From assembly GCA_004764695.1 (NCBI GenBank), contig SMSO01000037.1, positions 2,828,747 to 2,892,746 of the forward strand: 64,000 nucleotides of DNA, written 5' to 3'. The position numbers were made by a program, and so were the translations under genes. Numbering within the stretch: position 1 is the first letter of the stretch; every line of letters begins with the position of its first letter. The DNA is from Schizochytrium sp. TIO01 (taxonomy: Eukaryota; Protista; Bigyra: Labyrinthulomycetes). Below the pieces are notes generated by a model, which saw only the letters and a program-made list of their open reading frames with translations, ran no database searches and was not told the origin of the DNA. This document shows, piece by piece, positions 13,458-26,527 of this stretch.

Positions 13458-14941
13458 CTTTTGGACCAGTATCTGTCTCACGGGATCTTACAGCGAAGAA
13501 GGATTCCGCGTGTTTGAGGCCCTGCAAGTCAAGATTGCAATAGCACGGGATGCCTCACTGGGACGAACGCGTTTGAGTCGGCAATGGAGAGAGGTCCCTG
13601 AGATGTTTCCTCGAGCGGTGCAACGCACGCAGCGATAGGCCTGAAAGTCGTCGAGCGGGTCATTCTGCGCCGGGTAGGAGCAAGCGCATCGGGCCCGTGG
13701 AAACCTTGCGCAAGATCTCCCTGGTTGGCACAGAACCAGATCCTTCTTCGTACTAGAGCTCACTGGGCTATGCAGAGGCTTCTGAAACCTTGCAAAGGCT
13801 CCAGAAAATGGGTATCTGAAAGAAGTCCCAAGAGAGAGATTCGGCATAGATCTCATGTCCAATGTAAGCCTCTTTTTTCAAGAATCATAGCAAGGGAAAT
13901 GTCCTCTTAAGGACCCAAAGACCGCAACAAGGTTCATCTGGCAAATACATTTCAGGTTTGCAAGTGACTTGGGCGACGAGAACATTAGTAGACGCTCAAT
14001 GGTGAAGCTCTTGCGGCATCTTCGATCAAGCTTCTCTGGCGCAGATACTTGACTTGAAAGGAACCGTAGTTCGGAAGGAATTGTCAAAATTATAGAAGTC
14101 ATCATTATAAAAGACACCAAGCGATCGCTGATTAGTACGAGGCATGATTTTCGCCTGTCGGCTCCAGGGATAGCTGCCAGGGATACTGCTCAAGAAAATC
14201 GCGACAACGCGTTATAAGACAAAACATTTAACCTGGTGACTGCCAATTTTGCCTATTTTTACTAGAGAAGCAGCAATGCTCTCGTTGAGTTCCGCTAGAT
14301 ACAAGGTCTGCCCAGAAAGGTTGCGTTGGCTAGAATGGAAAGCAGTCGCGAATGTCTTGCAAAAAGAATAAAAGCTTTTTCTCTCGAAATCTTTATATAA
14401 TACGGGTGTAGATTTCACCCCGCACTGACATTCTGATCTGCATTTGCCTTCGGAACCTGGAGTTATTGTTGCAAAATGCAATCCATGTTATGATCGATAA
14501 ACTGCCAGTCCGCCATTTTCCTTTCGTCCATTTGTATCTAACTTTGTACAAGCTCACTACTCACTCAGAAAGTTTGGTTTCAAGTTGCTTACTCAAGTAT
14601 CTAGCTTTGGTTTTGAAAAAGCTGCTACTAGGAGTCTTATTATTGTTATTATTGTTGTTATTACTATTATTTTACTACTACTGCCGCTACCTCCGGATAA
14701 GAAACTGTCTGTCGTCTCTGCTATTCCTTCTTTCTGACCAAAACGCAAACGAGCTTTCGACACAGATTGTCAGTGGCACTGGGTGTCAGAGACAGTTTTT
14801 TGTGTGAATTTTTTAATTTTTTTTAATTAAGAATGGGCTAGAAAACGTAATATAAATTGAAAAGAGATAACTTAATTTAAGAATTGTTGAAATAGGAATC
14901 TTTGTTGTTATTGTGTACATCGGGGTACGTATGTAAATTAC

Positions 14942-17263
14942 TTAGACATTGACAGGGCGCACGGTAGCTTCGTTGGCGTTGTCCACAGGTTCGGGCTCAG
15001 ACTTATCCTTCTCAGGTTCGGCCTTGTGCAACCAGTACTCGCGATCCTCATCCCGGAAGAATACCTCTGCGATGATGAAGCCAAGGTAGGAGAGACCACC
15101 GAGGCCTGTAAGGTAAAGAAATGGGAACATACCAGGGAACTTTGCAATAACACCCTCCCAGCAAAAGTTCAACTCAGCAGTGCCCAACGAAGCGCACTCC
15201 TCATCAACATCCTCGGTGATGTTTGTGGCAATGCCTGCGAAAGCCTGGAACTGAGCAAGGTCGTAGTTAACAGCACTGGAGTTAGTGAGCAACTCCTCAT
15301 ACATATCTTGATCACAGTCCGCAGAATTACTGTCTGCTGCACAAATCTGGAAGTTCTGGTACATGGGGACATCTGCCATGAAGAGAGAGAGATCAAAGCC
15401 GGGGCAGCCAAAATCCTCGTTGTATTTGGTGGCAACAGCCGTTCCAACGCGACCCTCGAGCGCCGAGACACTAACGCACCACTCACGTGCGAGCTCAATC
15501 GTAATAGAGTTGCCGAGGCCACCACCACCCTGGCATGTGTCGTCACGGGTGACCAAACCATCATCCACGAAAGACTGCGGGACAATGGGACGCGGTTCCG
15601 GGCTATTGAAGGGGATGTGAGCGCTGGGTTTGCCGGCAAACATCGGGCTAAGTTGTCCAAGAGTGCATTTGGCAGCTTCATAGTAAAAAGGGAAGGACGC
15701 ATCAAAGACGCGGCCAGAGGCATTGGTAGCGTCATAAGTCGGGCAAGTAGAAACACCACAATCACAAGTGTTGTCAGCGTTGGTGGAGCTGTAGTCGAGC
15801 GGGACGCAGCTTACATCTGGGCGGAACGGTTCGATGTAAATAGCGAACATGGAACCAAAGAGAATAATGCCAATGAGCTTGGAAAAGGCTTCGGAACTAC
15901 GCAAAGCACCGGCGAGAGCACCCTTCTGAGTGGCGGACACCTGGCCCATAATGAGTGAAAGCTCGGTAGGAACAACAGGAGCAGCGAGGAAGGAAAGGCC
16001 GACGGCTGTGTAGGAGGTGTTGACAGTGGGCGCAAAGGCAAAAGCAAGACCAACAGTCATGGTCATGATCATGCTGAAGTGGATAGCACCCTTGAGACCC
16101 ATGAGCTTGACAAAGATTGGTGTCATGAAGGCAGCACCAAAGGCAGAGCTGAGCCAGATCATAACAATGAACATGATGAAGATGTTCACCTCACTCTGAG
16201 TGTAGCGGCGAAGCCACCAACCACCAGTGACACTCTCACCAGCACCGACAGCCATCCAGGCACAGGCAGCACTGAACCAAAGGCAAGAGAGGTAGCGGCT
16301 CTGGCGAATGAGTGCGAGGAAGCCGAACGGGTTAGCCTTTTTCCAATCGATGATCTTGGTTCGCTCATCTACATGAAGAGACTCGGGTAAGAAAAAGAGC
16401 ATGGTCACAGCCACAACTCCGGAAAAGCAAAGACCGACAGAGTATGAAATGTTGAAGAGCTTGTTGTACGGGTCAATGGCATGCTCGAATTCATCCTCAT
16501 CAGCACCGCGGGTAGCCTGGCTAATAGCGAGACTGATAAGAGCACCAGTGAGGAGACCCAGAAAGTAGCCGAAGCCCTGAAGAATACCCATGTTGGTGGC
16601 CAAGCGGTCCGGGCGAGATACATCAGAGACGTAGGCGATACCATGGGGCGTGACTGGCGAGCTTGCACCAAGGCACATGCCGCCAAAGATGAAGAGCCCG
16701 AGGGTTTGTGTGTTCCAACCGATAAGGAAGAGAGCACCTGCGCAAGCATAGCCTGAAAGAGCAGCAATGAGAAGCGGGCGACGTCCCCAACGATCACTGA
16801 GTACACCGACGAGGGATCCCATGATAAAAGTCATGGTGCGGAGCAGTGAGAGCGTGAGTGTCAGCTTCTTCTGGGAGACATCGGTAGGAGCAAAGCAGTC
16901 ATCTTGAATTTCAGGGTCACAGCCAAGCTCTTCCTGATTCACGATCAAGTGGATTGAGAGAGGCATGGCAATGAAGAGCATCAATACATAAGATCCGGCT
17001 GCGGTGAGCACGGCAAAAGTCACAAGCGCAACTTGGAGCTGCTGGCGACGGAAATCTTGAACTACAGACTTGGATAAGGTGCCGTCATTCTTGCGAGACG
17101 GGTCCCGCTGGCTCTGAGACGCTCCGAGGCTGGCACCGCTGTTTCCATTGCCATCGCTGCTGTGGCTAGGCAGTGACTCAGGTGCCTGTACGCTTGGCAG
17201 GCGCAGGTCTTCGCCTTTATCCTGCTGCTGCTGCTGCTGCTGTTGGTCTGAGTTACCCAACAT
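14942..17263 (-). CDS. MFS transporter paralog 3, with large Cys-rich TM11-TM12 loop; 773 aa
   Basis: Same motifs as paralog 1 (GVLSDRWGRRPLLI, LPESL, QKGALAGALRSSEAF) plus an N-terminal polyQ. Intact ORF. Confidence 0.92.
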   Translation of the reverse strand: MLGNSDQQQQQQQQDKGEDLRLPSVQAPESLPSHSSDGNGNSGASLGASQSQRDPSRKNDGTLSKSVVQDFRRQQLQVALVTFAVLTAAGSYVLMLFIAMPLSIHLIVNQEELGCDPEIQDDCFAPTDVSQKKLTLTLSLLRTMTFIMGSLVGVLSDRWGRRPLLIAALSGYACAGALFLIGWNTQTLGLFIFGGMCLGASSPVTPHGIAYVSDVSRPDRLATNMGILQGFGYFLGLLTGALISLAISQATRGADEDEFEHAIDPYNKLFNISYSVGLCFSGVVAVTMLFFLPESLHVDERTKIIDWKKANPFGFLALIRQSRYLSCLWFSAACAWMAVGAGESVTGGWWLRRYTQSEVNIFIMFIVMIWLSSAFGAAFMTPIFVKLMGLKGAIHFSMIMTMTVGLAFAFAPTVNTSYTAVGLSFLAAPVVPTELSLIMGQVSATQKGALAGALRSSEAFSKLIGIILFGSMFAIYIEPFRPDVSCVPLDYSSTNADNTCDCGVSTCPTYDATNASGRVFDASFPFYYEAAKCTLGQLSPMFAGKPSAHIPFNSPEPRPIVPQSFVDDGLVTRDDTCQGGGGLGNSITIELAREWCVSVSALEGRVGTAVATKYNEDFGCPGFDLSLFMADVPMYQNFQICAADSNSADCDQDMYEELLTNSSAVNYDLAQFQAFAGIATNITEDVDEECASLGTAELNFCWEGVIAKFPGMFPFLYLTGLGGLSYLGFIIAEVFFRDEDREYWLHKAEPEKDKSEPEPVDNANEATVRPVNV

Positions 17264-18587
17264 TTTCCAGCACGCGAGCTTAAGCTTTTCAAATGAGCAA
17301 AGCGGAGCAAGTAAGCAGACAAATAAAAATGAATCAAATCGTCAAGCTAGCGAGCTAGCGAGAGCGAGCACGATCTGTCTTCGCTTGCTCGCGTTACAAT
17401 ATTCAACCTCCACCGAGGTTTTCTCGTTTTGGGTTTGCTGGTCGAGCCCGAGGCCTTTTTCCATCGCACTCTTATTTCTATCGCGCTCTCCACCCTCCTC
17501 GCTTCTGTCTTCTCTGCGGCCGATCCCTACTCTAAAGGTCTAGCTCCACCTAGCAGTCCAATGGACCAGCAGCCTTCTCGCTAAGAGGCGCTAGCACTCC
17601 CTACAGAAGGGAAGCACTAGCACTGTGTTAGCGACGCCTATCCATCCACGCGCCAAGTTCCAGGTAGGCGGATGAATGCACTTAGGCTAGTAAAAAGTTC
17701 TTTTAGTCACAGAAGAGCCACGAGTTTGAGAGAGCAAAATAAATTCGCTTCAGGAAGGAACGGAGGTCCGAAAGATCGAACAAACATACCTGCAAACTAC
17801 CCAAACAAACGAGCAATCAAGCAAAACCAAAAAAAGACCCTTCGCAGACACCACCACACACTGCCAAGCAGAGGGCGGAGGGGGACACGGATCCTAAATA
17901 TGTTTCGCGCAAGCTCTCTCCTGAGCGATTTAATCATGCGTTGCCTGCTTTTAATAAATTAAAGCACAAGTTTTATCTTTGAAAAGTTTATTTATTTTTA
18001 TAATTTTTAAATATATTTTAAAAATAATAAATTATTTTTTAACATATTGCTTTTAACATTAAATTAAAATATAATAAGAATTCTAATTACCAACATACCC
18101 AGATATATATATATCTATATATATATAATACCTTCTACCCACTTCATTTCGGGTCGCCGTTATTTTTCTCTTCCTTCTCTTTCGCGCTACGTGTGGTCTT
18201 CCGCACTCAGGCCGCTGCGCTCCACTCCCCTGCATTCCACTCCACTGCATTCCGTGGCGTTCTGGCGCCTCTTCTGTCTCCAGCCAGTCTCTCGACGGTC
18301 CACAAGTTAGTCAAGGGTTCTTCTTCTCCTTCGCCGCCTTGGAGGGAGTGAGTGAGTGAGTGAGTGAGTTCCTCCGGTTTCAAGTTCTGTCTCCTCCTCC
18401 TCCAGAGCAAACGAACAAGCGTCTTTCGAGCCCTAGTCACCCAAGGACGACCCATCCGCACACACTCCAAAGAAAGACCAAACTAAGACAGCTCCGTTCG
18501 CAAGAGCGCGGATCGTGCCGCTCTAACGACGCCAAACATAACCAGGTACACAAATGCGTGGATACATGGATTGATGCATGCATGGAA

Positions 18588-18613
18588 TTCTTCTTCTTCT
18601 TCTTCTTCTTCTT

Positions 18614-18643
<30 letters not shown>
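18588..18643. repeat. (TTC)n microsatellite
   Basis: Directly visible. Confidence 0.95.
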
Positions 18644-18644
<1 letters not shown>

Positions 18645-20069
18645 GAAGCTTGAGCTGAGCGAGTTCCTCTCCTCACCGCCGTCGATTGGCCACACTGAAT
18701 AGGCGGCGCCAACAGCTTTTCTGCTCTGTGGGGCTGTCCTTCTGTGGCAGAGGCGGCGGCTTTGGGATCGAATGGAGCTTCGCGCTTCAACTTCACGAGG
18801 GAGAAGATGGGGAGAACTGGAGAAGAAGACCAAAAGGGCCGCGCTCCAGGATCGAGTGTGTGGAAGGTGCTAGCAGTTCTAACGAGAGGAATGGCAGGCA
18901 CAATAGACGGAAAGAAACGAAGAAAGAAAACGTATTCTGTTTTGTTTTGGGATAGGAAATGGTGGACCTCACCCCTTTTATTGACTCCTTTTTGGAGGTG
19001 AATATCGGCGGCCACGCGCAAGCTAGTGCTAACGATGAGGCTATCTATACACTAGCCCTGGGCGATGCTGTTTTTTATTTTCATTTTTCCTCCCAAAGTT
19101 CATGGCATGCGTATATTTTACTCTATCTTTTCTTTTCTTTTTTCTTTTCTTAATGCTTAATGAAATAGATTGAAAGAGTTTGGCTTCTTCCTGATTTCAA
19201 TTTCAGAAAAGGCAAACGTGCAGGTACCACTCACTCTCAACACCTAGTAGTACCTACGTGCATACTCCTTGTTGCAGACGAGAGAGCGAATGCAATGGTG
19301 CAGTAATTAGTTCAGGAGCAACGCCATACGTCGCCGTGTTCGAGCCCAAATCTGAGTTCGAGTTCATTGACAAACAACCAATCTCTGTTAAGTTAAAAAT
19401 GTAAAAAAAGAAGTTATTTAAAAAGTTATTTATTTGAAAAAAAAAAAAAAAAAAAAAGCATAAGCTTTCAAGAGCAAGCAATCAATCTCAACTGCCTCGC
19501 TCTGTGGAGAGAAGGCAGACAGTCAGCCAGTCAGTTACTGAGTTCGTAGCTCGCTCGCCTGCGCCTGCGCATATCAATACGAGCTCGGGGGGCTCTGCCA
19601 ACGACAGGCAGCTTTCCCGCGCCTGACAGCTTGTTCTTCAGAAACGAGGCTTGGAAAGATCAATCAATCAATCAATCAATCAATCAATGCATGCCACGAC
19701 GCAGGAAGCCAAAGCTATCTGAGGCTGATCATCGACCAAAGATCAAAAGCAGGCAGAAAGATGCCCGAGACCTTGAACTATCGGTGCTTCCTGTCTTGTA
19801 CGAGAGTCGACCTTCTGCAACAAACCATTGCCAGAAGACAGCGAACTGGAGCGCGGCTTCTCGTGCCTTCAGATGGCCAGGTCCCCTCACCTTCGCTCGC
19901 ACGAAGCCGGCGTAAGCCGCTCATTCTGTCTATCTATCTATCAGTTTATCAGACAGTCACTCAATCGATCACTCAATCGCAACGCTCAATCGATACCGAA
20001 GTCTACAAAAGCCTCGGCAGCTCTAATTGAAAAGGATGGCGATCGATTTCTTGCTCAAGAGCAATAGCG

Positions 20070-20759
20070 TAACCACAGTGGTTAAGTGTTACATTGCGAC
20101 AAACGATTGCTCCGCTTTGCTTTGCTTTGCTTTGCTTTGCTTTGCTTTGCTTTGCTTTGCTTTGCTTTGCTTTGCTTTGCTTTGCTTTGCTTTGCTTTGC
20201 TTTGCTTTGCTTTGCTTTGCTTTGCTTTGCTAACCACAGTGGTAAGTGTTACATTGCGACAAACGATTGCTCCGCTTTGCTTTGCTTTGCTCTTTGCTTT
20301 GCTTTGCTTTGCTTTGCTTTGCTTTGCTTTGCTTTGCTTTGCTTTGCTTTGCTTTGCTTTGCTTTGCTTTGCTTTGCTTTGCTTTGCTTTGCTTTGCTTT
20401 GCTTTGCTTTGCTTTGCTTTGCTTTGCTTTGCTTTGCTTTGCTTTGCTTTGCTTTGCTTTGCTTTGCTTTGCTTTGCTTTGCTTTGCTTTGCTTTGCTTT
20501 TGCTTTGCTTTGCTTTGCTTTGCTTTGCTTTGCTTTGCTTTGCTTTGCTTTGCTTTGCTTTGCTTTGCTTTGCTTTGCTTTGCTTTGCTTTGCTTTGCTT
20601 TGCTTTGCTTTGCTTTGCTTTGCTTTTTTGCTTTGCTTTGCTTTGCTTGCTTTGCTTTGCTTTGCTTTGCTTTGCTTTGCTTTGCTTTGCTTTGCTTTGC
20701 TTTGCTTTGCTTTGCTTTGCTTTGCTTTGCTTTGCTTTGCTTTGCTTTGCTTTGCTTTG
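20070..20759. repeat. Large (TTTGC)n pentamer array with an embedded ~45-bp duplicated flank
   Basis: About 600 bp of TTTGC units. The unique segment TAACCACAGTGG(T)TAAGTGTTACATTGCGACAAACGATTGCTCCG occurs at 20070 and again at 20231. Confidence 0.95.
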
Positions 20760-23700
20760 GATTCACTTTGATCGACGCAAGTCAATCCAATGTGTGTTTA
20801 CATACAGTACATCATATATCCATCAAACCGCGCAACTCCGGGACCGGCAAGGGCGGGAGGAGGCTCAGGGAGAAAGAAGCGTTTTGAGCTGGAGGCGAGG
20901 GAGACGGCGGTGGCTAGCTCCCCTACCTGCGTCCAGAGAGCCGCTGCTGCTGGTGACAGAGCGGCGATTACGATCCTGAGGAAGATGATGGTGGCGAAGG
21001 GTATCAGAGGAGATGCATAGGCACTGAGCGGTAAAGCATTTCGAACGATGGGTCACCAGCGAGTAATTCTGACTGACCCACAGATCTTACTGAGCTGTCT
21101 TTCCTTTCAAGTACCTTTTCTTCAGAAAAGTTTGTTAGAAAAGTTGTTTTGTTTGTTTTCAGTTTGAATTTTTATTTTTATTTTTATTTTTAAATAAAAT
21201 AAAAGCGAATTAGAATTAGAGATGAAATCATGTCTTACAGCCTTTTGGTCGAATAATACAAAGAAAGAAGCAGCACGAGGAGCACGAAAGAGCACACTAT
21301 TTCTTCAAGCTTGGCACTCAGTCAACTTGAAGAGCGTTCGTTCACCTTACCTTTTTTCCATCCCCGCCTTCAGGGATAGTGGTGTTTGCATAAAGTCAGC
21401 CTCACCTAAACTCTTGAGATATATCATCCTGAATGTACGGTAGTGTTTTAATAAATATGTGCGTCTTGATTCTTAAAATCTCGATGCGGTTTCAAGTTTA
21501 GAATACGGTTCTGAGTCGAGCTCTTTGCTGGAGTTCTCCTGCGCTTGAGCTGCCAAAGAAGCGTTGCTGCCCCTTGAAAATTGAAGGGCTGCCTCAGGCT
21601 GGACAGACAGCTGGACTGGCACGCCGCTGCAACACTCTAGCTCAAGACTTGGATTGCCCTGTCTCTTTCTTCGGCTTCCCTCGCACAGCACAGAGGTGCC
21701 TGAATTGAATTCTAGTGGCAGCGATCTCTAAACTGCTCAGTAGCCCGAGTGCTCCTAATCAAACCTCTTCAAATTAACCCGTAGATCGAAGCTTCATAGA
21801 TCGAGCCTTGACAGAATCTGCTCAGGCTTGAGGCCCAAGCCAAACAGAAGAGTCGATTTTCCCTCTATCCATCGATATATCCATCGATCTATTTATCTAT
21901 CTGCCAATTGATCGATGGGTGACTGTGTGGGCCCTGGATACTCTTGAAGATACCGTTGTTTTCGTATCTTCCTCGACCTTCGTCTCGCAGCCTTCCGTAG
22001 TTACCAGACAGGCTTGGATTTTTTAATTTCTTTTTTTTAATTCTTTATTTTTCTTTTTTGTCTTTTTATTGGGCCTCCGAGTCCTTCTTGATGGCCCATC
22101 TTGCATCGCTGCCAGTGCCAGAGCAGATCTACCCATTCCCAGGCCGTGCATTGATCGATTGCTTCGTTCTTTCTTTCTGATTGAACTGCGAGAAGTAGGC
22201 AATCAGCGCCCTCGCTCTGTCGGTGGTTGCCACCCTGCCTTTTCAAAAAAAATTAAAAAATACTAACATTGTTTTACTTTTTCTTTTATTCATTCATTCA
22301 TTCATTCATCCGTTTATTCATTTTTGTAGCGGTATACACGGCGCACGCGCGCGCTGTCTCCTTGCCGTCGCTACCTGGGCCGGCCGCTCTCTCTCCTCTC
22401 AGTCTCTCCTTGTCGCTTTCACACCGCGACATTGAAAAGAAAGTTAATCTTATTTATTGTATGCATTTCTTGTACCTTCAGCTAGTCTTTATTTTTTTTT
22501 TTCTTTTTTTGATTTAAAGTTATATCTAATTAAACACTTTAATAATAACATTAGACACTTTGTTTTTGAATTACCAAACCAATGAAAATGAAAGAAACGA
22601 GAATAACAATAATCACAACAACACTCACTCCAAAGGGACGACGCCCTAAGCCTTAGGACTGCCTGCAGCGCTCAAGCCGGCGGACCTCGTCCCAGGTCCT
22701 TCGGCCAGATCCTCTTGAAGAGGTTGCTCTTGAGGCGGATGGAGAAAGGAGCAGAGTTCGTGCGTGCGCTACCCAAGAGGAGGTAGGCGAAGCAGGAACA
22801 AAAGCTCGCCAATCTTGGCATTCGCAATAGCGCCAGCTGCTTCCAACCAGAAGCTGCAGCTTTGTCCCGACGCCCTTCGGAAGAGTCCTGGACCGGCCAA
22901 AGCAAGCTAAGCACTTACCAAAGATAGCCCTCAAGCGAGTGACCCTTCCACCGCCTGGCTGGCTCCGCAAGTAGCCTTCTCTTTTCTAGCTCTTGCTCTT
23001 GAAAAGGCAGGCAGGCCCCAACCAAGATTGGGCAGACAAGCAGACGAATGAACCAAATAAGTCCGCTCGCTCTCCTGGGCTCCACGCTCTGCTCCCTCGA
23101 GACCTACGATTGAAATCATATGTATGTATGTATGCATGCATGCTTAAATGGATTTAAATGTATTTATGCATGTATGTACTTCTTTGTTTACTTTCTTTAT
23201 CCGTCAGTCATCTGTGCATGTGCGAATGAGCAGGACCTGCTGAAGGCTTCGTTCCCAATCAAAAAATCAAAGTCTTCGAGCAGACAGACCCAATCACAGA
23301 AACGGCCGAGCGCAGGCTCGTACCGGCAACGGCATCGACGCTGGCCGCGGCAGTTCGAAGTTCAAGGCCACGCGGCCGCCGGCAGCCACCTCGCTCGCCT
23401 CTTCCGAGGTCCCGGAGCTGAGTCGTTTTGGCGTTCTTTAGTCAGGAAGGGAGTTAGTTACCACCTGGGCCCTTAGTTCGTTAGTTAGTCAGTGAGTAGG
23501 TAGGTAAGTAAGTAAGTAAGTTACCAGACCCTCTCAGATTATAAAGATCTCCCTCCATCGCTCTAGCTAGAGAGGTAACTGAGTAAGTAAGTAAGTTAGT
23601 TAGTAAGTAAGGGAGTACTTCTCTCTGTGCCTTGCCTTACAGGCCCAAGCAGGGAGCTTAGAGGTAAGCACATGCACTCTCCAGACAAGCAAAGCCTGCA

Positions 23701-26467
23701 ACACGAGCCAACCGCCGGAGCCAGACTGCCTTCGGCTGCGCAGCTCCTTCGCAAGTCCACGCTCTCTTCGCAATTGCAAGCTGAAAGAAGAAGCAGCATT
23801 CTTGCGAGCAGTTGCGATACCTTCCGCCAATAGCTTCTATCTATCTATCTATCTACCTACCTACCTACCTATCTCTAGAGATGGATATATTATATGCGGC
23901 TGCTTTCTAGCGAGAGGAGACTGCGTGCACCTGTGGAGGAGGTCACGAACAACGAGGTGGCTAGACAGTAGATGCCTAGGCCGCAGCTACTGCCCGCTAG
24001 CTCCGCGTGCGCCGGGAGGCGAGGTCCCCCCACCTCTGCGAGCGGGCTTGCATATTGCACCCGTCTTGGAACTAAAAGAGTCGCCAGCCAGCAAACGAAG
24101 AGGGAAAAAGGGTCACGCACGGCAGGAGGTAGGTAGGTACTACCTCTTTTCTTTGCCTAATTGCGCTCCTCAAGGCTTTTTCTTCCTTTCTCCGTTAGTT
24201 TGCGAAAGGGGAATGTGAATTTAATTTTAATTTTAATTTTAATTTTGAAGTTAAGCAGGCTGATGGTGGTGGAAACGATTGATCTCGAAGAAGGAGCCAT
24301 TGGAAGGACGGGAGGCTGGGATGGTTTAGAGATCATGTCGAAGGTATCTTACGTTGGGAACATGATGTAGGCGAATACATAAACTCTACCAGAAGACGGC
24401 TGGGGATGAAAGAAAGAAGGGCGGATAGGGCGATTGATCCACCAGAATAATCTAAAAGAGAATATTTTTAATTTTGTAAAATCTGTTTCAAGTAGTACAC
24501 TCGATGGATGGATGCTCCTTTCTTCTGTTTGGCTTGAATTTGTTTTGTCCAAAGGAGCAATTGATCTTTAAAATCGTTCATTCATTCATTCATTCATTCA
24601 TTCATTCATTTGGCCACTTTTTTTTAAGACTGAAAATTATTGTTGCTGGTATAGTTGGTACATAACAGCTTTTTGGAAAAAAAAAAAAAAAATAGAACTT
24701 TGCTGGCGAGGATCAGTCATGTTTGCGATAAAGGGTTGTGCGCAAATGCATCTCTTCCAAATTGAGCATTACGTTGCTTGCACAGGCTTTAGGAAGGGTA
24801 CTGCAGAAGAGAAGAAAAGAGCTCCGGGAGATGTGCCTGACATTGAACGAGCAAATTCAAATCATGATCCTTTTATATTATAATGCTGGCTTGCATGTTT
24901 AACAAAATGAAGGCTCGAATCTGACCAATGCAATGGCTCAGATAGGAAATTCTGCACTGGTGGAAACTTATAAATGCAAATCTTATGTTCACAGAAATGA
25001 TCAGTTCTGAAGTAGCAAGATCGAAGCATAATTTATTAATTTCGAAAGCATGTCTTGAAGCCTGGGAGGATGAACTCATTTCGCTAGAGCTCCCAGCATA
25101 CAAGTTTGATTGCCCGGGTCATTGCAAAGATACGTTGTCCCGAATGTGCGAAATCAGGAGGTTTAAATTGCGTTTCTGGTGCATCGAGAATAGAAACGCG
25201 TTCCCTGATTTCAAATTTCGCTCGCCCGTGCTCAGGTGTACGGCCCTCGTCGACAGGCAGAACGACTGCGCGTATTATTGAGCAGAGTCTCAAACGAAGA
25301 ATGCGAAACAACAACCTCCCTTTCAGGAGCTAAATATAACCTTCTCCAGACACCGAAACCACGAAATTAAGTGATCCCTTGTGCAGGTAACATGAAATAA
25401 ACCTCCCTTGGAGATCAAATTTCACAAATCCATTTGCTTGCTACCTAGCTAGCTAGCTTATCGCAAGACCCGCGCTTTGCGGTGAATCGAGCAACCCAAA
25501 GCCGATCTAAGGCGATTCCCAGACAGATACATTCATCCCTTCGCATCTTTCATGAGAGCACTTAGTTTGCGCAGCTGTGGAGCGACTTTTGAATCCTCTG
25601 TAAGTCACTCTCTCACTCATTTGCTCATTCACTCGCACCTCGAACTCTCTACATCTCCAAACAGAGAGCGAGAAGAGAGAGAAAACGAGGCGCCGCCAGC
25701 TCAGAGCTCAGAGATCAGAGCTCAGAGGGGAACGCCTCGCGGTGTCTCGAGCTAGACCCGCTGCTAGATCCCTAAAGAAAAGGAAACTCTCGCGAGGGAA
25801 GGCAAAAGCGCTTGACTGTTTGGACCCGCCAATTCCGATCGTAAAACGTGTAAGCTCGTAACTCCGAGGAGCCCTCGAGGCACCTACTGACTTACCCACA
25901 TGCTTGCTTGCTTATTCACTTGATTTTGATTGTTATTTATTCATTCGTTCATTCATCCATTCATTCATTCATTCATTCATTCATTCATTCATTCATTTAG
26001 CGGTTACGAAACGAGCGCCGGGCTTACGGGTGCCGCGCACAGACAGTCTACCAGGATTGGGAAAGCGCGAAGCATTCCGCAGACAGCGCCGCGGGGAACT
26101 TTGAAAGCTTGCCGAATTGTGTCCCAAATCGCGAGTTCATTTCTCCGAACGCTGCTCATGCGCCCTGAACCAATCTGCGCGCTTTCTCTCTCTCTCTCTC
26201 TCTTGCTGCAGAATGCTTCGAGCTGCTGATGTGAAATCCTGCCTCAGGCCGCACTTGCCCTTCGAAGAAACCAAACCCCGCGACGGCGTCGGCTTAACGA
26301 ACAGACATCCGTCCTCTCTCTCCCAAACCACAAGGGCCCTCTTCGCTTTGAATTTTAATTTGCGGGTGCCGGGATCGCACGTAGAGGGAGTTGGGAGGAT
26401 TCACGCCCACTTGGGACCAAGCGACCTCCAGCTGAAGGTCGGAAGGCGCCCTTTGGCCCCTTCAGAC

Positions 26468-26527
26468 TCTTGCTCTTCAAGTTCTTGTTCTTCAAGTTCT
26501 TGCTCTTCAAGCTGCTGCTCTTCAAGA
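26468..26527. repeat. Four tandem 15-bp units (TCTTGCTCTTCAAGT variants)
   Basis: Visible 15-nt period; reads LEEQ(Q/E) x4 on the - strand. Confidence 0.85.

Noticed and set aside
15026-15958. 310-aa ORF antisense to MFS paralog 3
   Set aside because: Shadow ORF caused by biased codon usage on the coding strand; it is not open in the other two paralogs.
20086-20979. Long ORFs in several frames (CFALL / QSKAK repeats)
   Set aside because: Translations of the stop-free (TTTGC)n microsatellite, not genes.
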